A DNA stretch of 16,973 bases. It comes from an uncultured Pseudomonadota bacterium. Lineage in GTDB: Bacteria; Myxococcota_A; UBA796; GCA-2862545. Where the stretch lies: contig CAIUDO010000223.1 in assembly GCA_903897935.1 (NCBI GenBank), positions 1 through 16,973 on the forward strand, written 5' to 3'. Position numbers and translations under genes: made by a program. This document shows positions 14,533-16,973 of this stretch, piece after piece; position 1 is the stretch's first letter; each line of letters begins with the position of its first letter. The notes beneath the pieces were generated by a model. It saw only the letters and a program-made list of their open reading frames with translations. It had not been told where the DNA came from and did not search any database.

Positions 14533-16973
14533 CGGGACCGCCTCGTCACCACCCCCACCATCACGAGGGCGGCCACCCAGCCCAGGCCCCCCACCCCGCC
14601 GCCGTCACAGCCCGCGCAGCCCTTCGTCGAGGCTCCGGTCTCGGCGGCGACGCCGGTATCAACCTCCCCGCACCCCTCGTCGACCGACCCATCACAGTCG
14701 TTGTCGGCGCCGTCGCACATCTCCGCCGCGCCCGGGTACACGAACCCGTCGCCGTCGTCGCAGTCACCGAGCTCGGCGGAGATCCCGTCGTCGTCGAGGT
14801 CGGCGAGCCCCTCGTCCGCCTGGCCGTCGCAGTCGTCGTCGCGGCCGTTCAGCGCCTCCGGCGCGCCCGGGTACACCGCCGCATCGCCGTCGTCGCAGTC
14901 CCCGGCCGCCTCGGAGAACCCGTCCCCGTCGTCGTCCGTGGCCTCGGTGCCCTCGTCCACCGACCCGTCACAGTCGTTGTCGACCCCGTCCCCGGGGACC
15001 TCCGCGCCGTCGGGGTGGGTGCCCGCCGCGCTGTCGTCGCAGTCCCCGTCGTGCTCCGACCAGCCGTCCCCGTCGTCGTCGTACGCCGCCGTGCCCTCGT
15101 CGACGAGATCGTCACAGTCGTTGTCGACGCCGTCCTCGACCTCGGGCGCGCCCGGGTGCACGCCGGGGTCCCCTTCGTCACAGTCCCCCCCCGACGCGAC
15201 GTACCCGTCTCCGTCGGGATCCTCGACCGCGTCGTCGACCACGCCGTCGCAGTCGTCGTCGCGCCCGTTGCCGAGCACCTCGATAGCCCCGGGGTACACG
15301 AGCAGGTCGCTGTCGTCGCAGTCGCCGGCGACCTCCGACCACCCGTCGCCGTCGTCGTCGCTGCACTCGGTGCCCTCGTCGACGGACCCGTCACAGTCCT
15401 CGTCGACGCCGTCGCACAACTCGATCGCGCCCGGGCGGACCGCGGGGTCGCTGTCGTCACAGTCGCCGCCGGCCTCGGTGAACCCGTCGCCGTCGTCGTC
15501 CCCGGCGGAGGTGCCCTCGTCCACGACCCCGTCGCAGTCGTCGTCGACGCCAGGCGCCAGCTCCGGCGCGCCCGGGTACACAAGCGGGTCGCTGTCGTCG
15601 CAGTCGGGGCCCCCACCCCCGTCGAACCCGTCCCCGTCGACGTCGACGAGGTCGGCGCCGTCGCAGTCGTCATCGACCCCGTCGTACGGGACCTCGCCGG
15701 CGCCCGGGCCGACGTCCGGGTCCGCGTCGTCACAGTCCCCCACCTCCGCGACAACCCCATCGCGCGGCGCACACGCGACCTCGGGCGGCTCCACCCCCCA
15801 CCCGTCCCCGTCCCCGTCGGGGTACCACTCGGGCGCGTCCACCGCGTCTTCGTCGACGACCCCGTCGCAGTCGTCGTCGAGCGCGTTGCACCACTCGTCC
15901 AGGCCCGGCGCGATGGTGGCGACTGCGTCGTCGCAGTCGGTGTTGTCGGCGACGTACCCAAGTGGCTCCGCGCACGCGGCCACCGGGGCCAGCGAATCGC
16001 CGAACCCGTCGCCGTCCGCGTCGGCGAACCAGGTCGGCCCGGCGCCGTCGTCCACGACGCCGTCACAGTCGTCGTCCCGGCCGTCACAGACCTCCACGCC
16101 GGCCGGCGACACCGCCGCGTCGGCGTCGTCGCAGTCCGCGCGATCCCGCACATAGCCCGACGGCGCCGCGCAGTCCCCGACCGACGACGCCGGGTCGCCG
16201 AACCCGTCCCCGTCGGCGTCGGCGTACCAGGTCACATACACGATGCCTTCGTCCACGCCCCCGTTGCAGTTGTTGTCGGCGCCGTCGCACAGCTCGTCCG
16301 CGGCCGGGTACGTGTTGGCGTCGCGGTCGTCGCAGTCGTCCAGGTTGCCCGCGGTGCCCTCCGCAGGCGCGCACGCGCCGAGCGGCGCCGCGGCGTCCCC
16401 GAACCCGTCGCCGTCCGCGTCGGCCCACACGGTCCCGGCGCCGACGTCCACCGACGGATCCGCGTCGTCGACGAGGCCATCACAGTCATCATCGATCGTG
16501 TTGCACACCTCGACCGCGTCGGGGCGGACCGCTGACGACGAATCATCACAGTCGGTCGCGTCCGCGACCGCGCCACCGTCCGGTCCGCACGACCACGACG
16601 TCGCGCTCGGGTCGCCGAACCCGTCGCCGTCCGCGTCGGCGTGCCACGCGCTGCCGGACGCGGCGTCGCGGTCGGGGTCGGCGTCGTCGACGAGCCCGTC
16701 GCAGTCGTCGTCGTAGGCGTTGCACACCTCGGGGGCGTCGGGGCGGACCGCGGCGTCGGCGTCGTCGCAGTCGGAGGCGTCGGCGAGCGAACCGGCGGGC
16801 GGATCACACGCGGCCACCGACGACGACGCGTCGCCGAACCCGTCGAGGTCCAGGTCCGGGTGCCACTCCGCGAACGACGTAGGATCGACCGATGGATCTC
16901 CGTCGTCGGCGAGCCCGTCGCAGTCGTCGTCGAACCCGTTGCAGACCTCGGACGCCGCTGGGTGGACCGCCGG
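14523..16973 (-). CDS. Very large secreted repeat protein whose N-terminus lies beyond the window. It is built from about 50-aa Asp/Cys-rich putative metal/Ca-binding repeats of the MopE-like 'putative metal-binding motif' class (thrombospondin-type-3-like) and ends in a MYXO-CTERM-like anchor (GCAGCDGGG-hydrophobic-RRSR)
   Basis: The minus-strand frame is open from 14526 to the window edge (codons checked through 16973). At least 13 repeats of the form DCDDxDAxVxPGAxExCDGxDDDCDGxVDEG / WYxDADGDGFGD are present. The C-terminus reads KGCAGCDGGGVGGLGWVAALVMVGVVTRRSRCG. TGA stop at 14523-14525. Confidence 0.8.
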   Translation of the reverse strand, partial: PAVHPAASEVCNGFDDDCDGLADDGDPSVDPTSFAEWHPDLDLDGFGDASSSVAACDPPAGSLADASDCDDADAAVRPDAPEVCNAYDDDCDGLVDDADPDRDAASGSAWHADADGDGFGDPSATSWSCGPDGGAVADATDCDDSSSAVRPDAVEVCNTIDDDCDGLVDDADPSVDVGAGTVWADADGDGFGDAAAPLGACAPAEGTAGNLDDCDDRDANTYPAADELCDGADNNCNGGVDEGIVYVTWYADADGDGFGDPASSVGDCAAPSGYVRDRADCDDADAAVSPAGVEVCDGRDDDCDGVVDDGAGPTWFADADGDGFGDSLAPVAACAEPLGYVADNTDCDDAVATIAPGLDEWCNALDDDCDGVVDEDAVDAPEWYPDGDGDGWGVEPPEVACAPRDGVVAEVGDCDDADPDVGPGAGEVPYDGVDDDCDGADLVDVDGDGFDGGGGPDCDDSDPLVYPGAPELAPGVDDDCDGVVDEGTSAGDDDGDGFTEAGGDCDDSDPAVRPGAIELCDGVDEDCDGSVDEGTECSDDDGDGWSEVAGDCDDSDLLVYPGAIEVLGNGRDDDCDGVVDDAVEDPDGDGYVASGGDCDEGDPGVHPGAPEVEDGVDNDCDDLVDEGTAAYDDDGDGWSEHDGDCDDSAAGTHPDGAEVPGDGVDNDCDGSVDEGTEATDDDGDGFSEAAGDCDDGDAAVYPGAPEALNGRDDDCDGQADEGLADLDDDGISAELGDCDDGDGFVYPGAAEMCDGADNDCDGSVDEGCGEVDTGVAAETGASTKGCAGCDGGGVGGLGWVAALVMVGVVTRRSRCG
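14717..16973 (-). repeat. Tandem, diverged coding repeats of about 150 bp (gtcgtcgtcgcagtcgtc-type strings) that encode the DCDD/DDDCDG modules
   Basis: Motif strings recur periodically through the CDS at DNA and protein level. The plus-strand Ser/Pro-rich shadow ORFs are a by-product of these repeats. Confidence 0.7.

Noticed and set aside
13771-16155. Plus-strand ORF of 794 aa, Ser/Pro-rich
   Set aside because: It is the antisense shadow of the Asp/Cys repeat gene. The repetitive PSSQSP strings simply mirror GAC/GTC-rich codons. It also overlaps the end of argE.
14268-16535. Plus-strand ORFs 14268-16535 and 14285-15286, and minus-strand 14849-16153 and 16232-16807
   Set aside because: These are alternative-frame or antisense shadows inside the repeat gene. 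They are Arg/Pro/Thr-rich junk without coding-like GC3.
1-16973. CRISPR arrays, IS elements or integrase genes
   Set aside because: There are no spaced direct repeats outside the coding repeats of the last gene, no terminal inverted repeats, and no transposase-like or integrase-like reading frames.

Overview
This is a high-GC (~72-73%) bacterial window. A MYXO-CTERM-like tail and tandem MopE-type Asp/Cys repeats on the last gene suggest Myxococcota. The core is a tightly coupled plus-strand arginine operon, argR-argG-X-argC-argD-argF'-argB-argE (6064-14050). Each junction overlaps start and stop codons (ATGA, TGATG, GTGA or TTGA). Just upstream sits an AT-rich ArgR-operator-like island at 5978-6027 with two copies of the palindrome ATGCGCAT, 20 bp centre to centre. 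argF' looks like the Xanthomonas/Bacteroides-type N-acyl-ornithine carbamoyltransferase. argE carries a frameshift inside a C7-T-C6 homopolymer tract. Gene X (7720-8808) is an uncharacterised protein with a Walker-A-like GTCMNAGKT motif. It sits where N-acetylglutamate synthase (argA) or ornithine acetyltransferase (argJ) would be expected, and neither is in the window. Upstream of the operon lies a less ordinary stretch (about 3000-6000). It holds a degenerate tRNA-like gene and a second T-arm/acceptor-like fragment on the minus strand, then a strong hairpin with a T-run (a minus-strand terminator). A low-GC3 non-coding stretch of about 300 bp with an A8 run follows. After that come a small cysteine-rich secreted-protein gene, a frameshifted gene ending in a CxxC...CxxC zinc ribbon, and a helical-protein reading frame with no canonical start and no stop before the arg operator. 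The flanks carry a 5'-partial large TPR-type regulatory protein (1-1715), a convergent SPFH/band-7 protein (1732-2817), and a small minus-strand ORF (14020-14532). The window ends in a very large minus-strand secreted protein that runs off the edge (14523-16973), built of about 50-aa DCDD...DDDCDG repeats and ending in a MYXO-CTERM-like anchor. Many long ORFs in the six-frame track are antisense or off-frame shadows typical of high-GC DNA and are rejected. No CRISPR array, transposase or integrase is visible.
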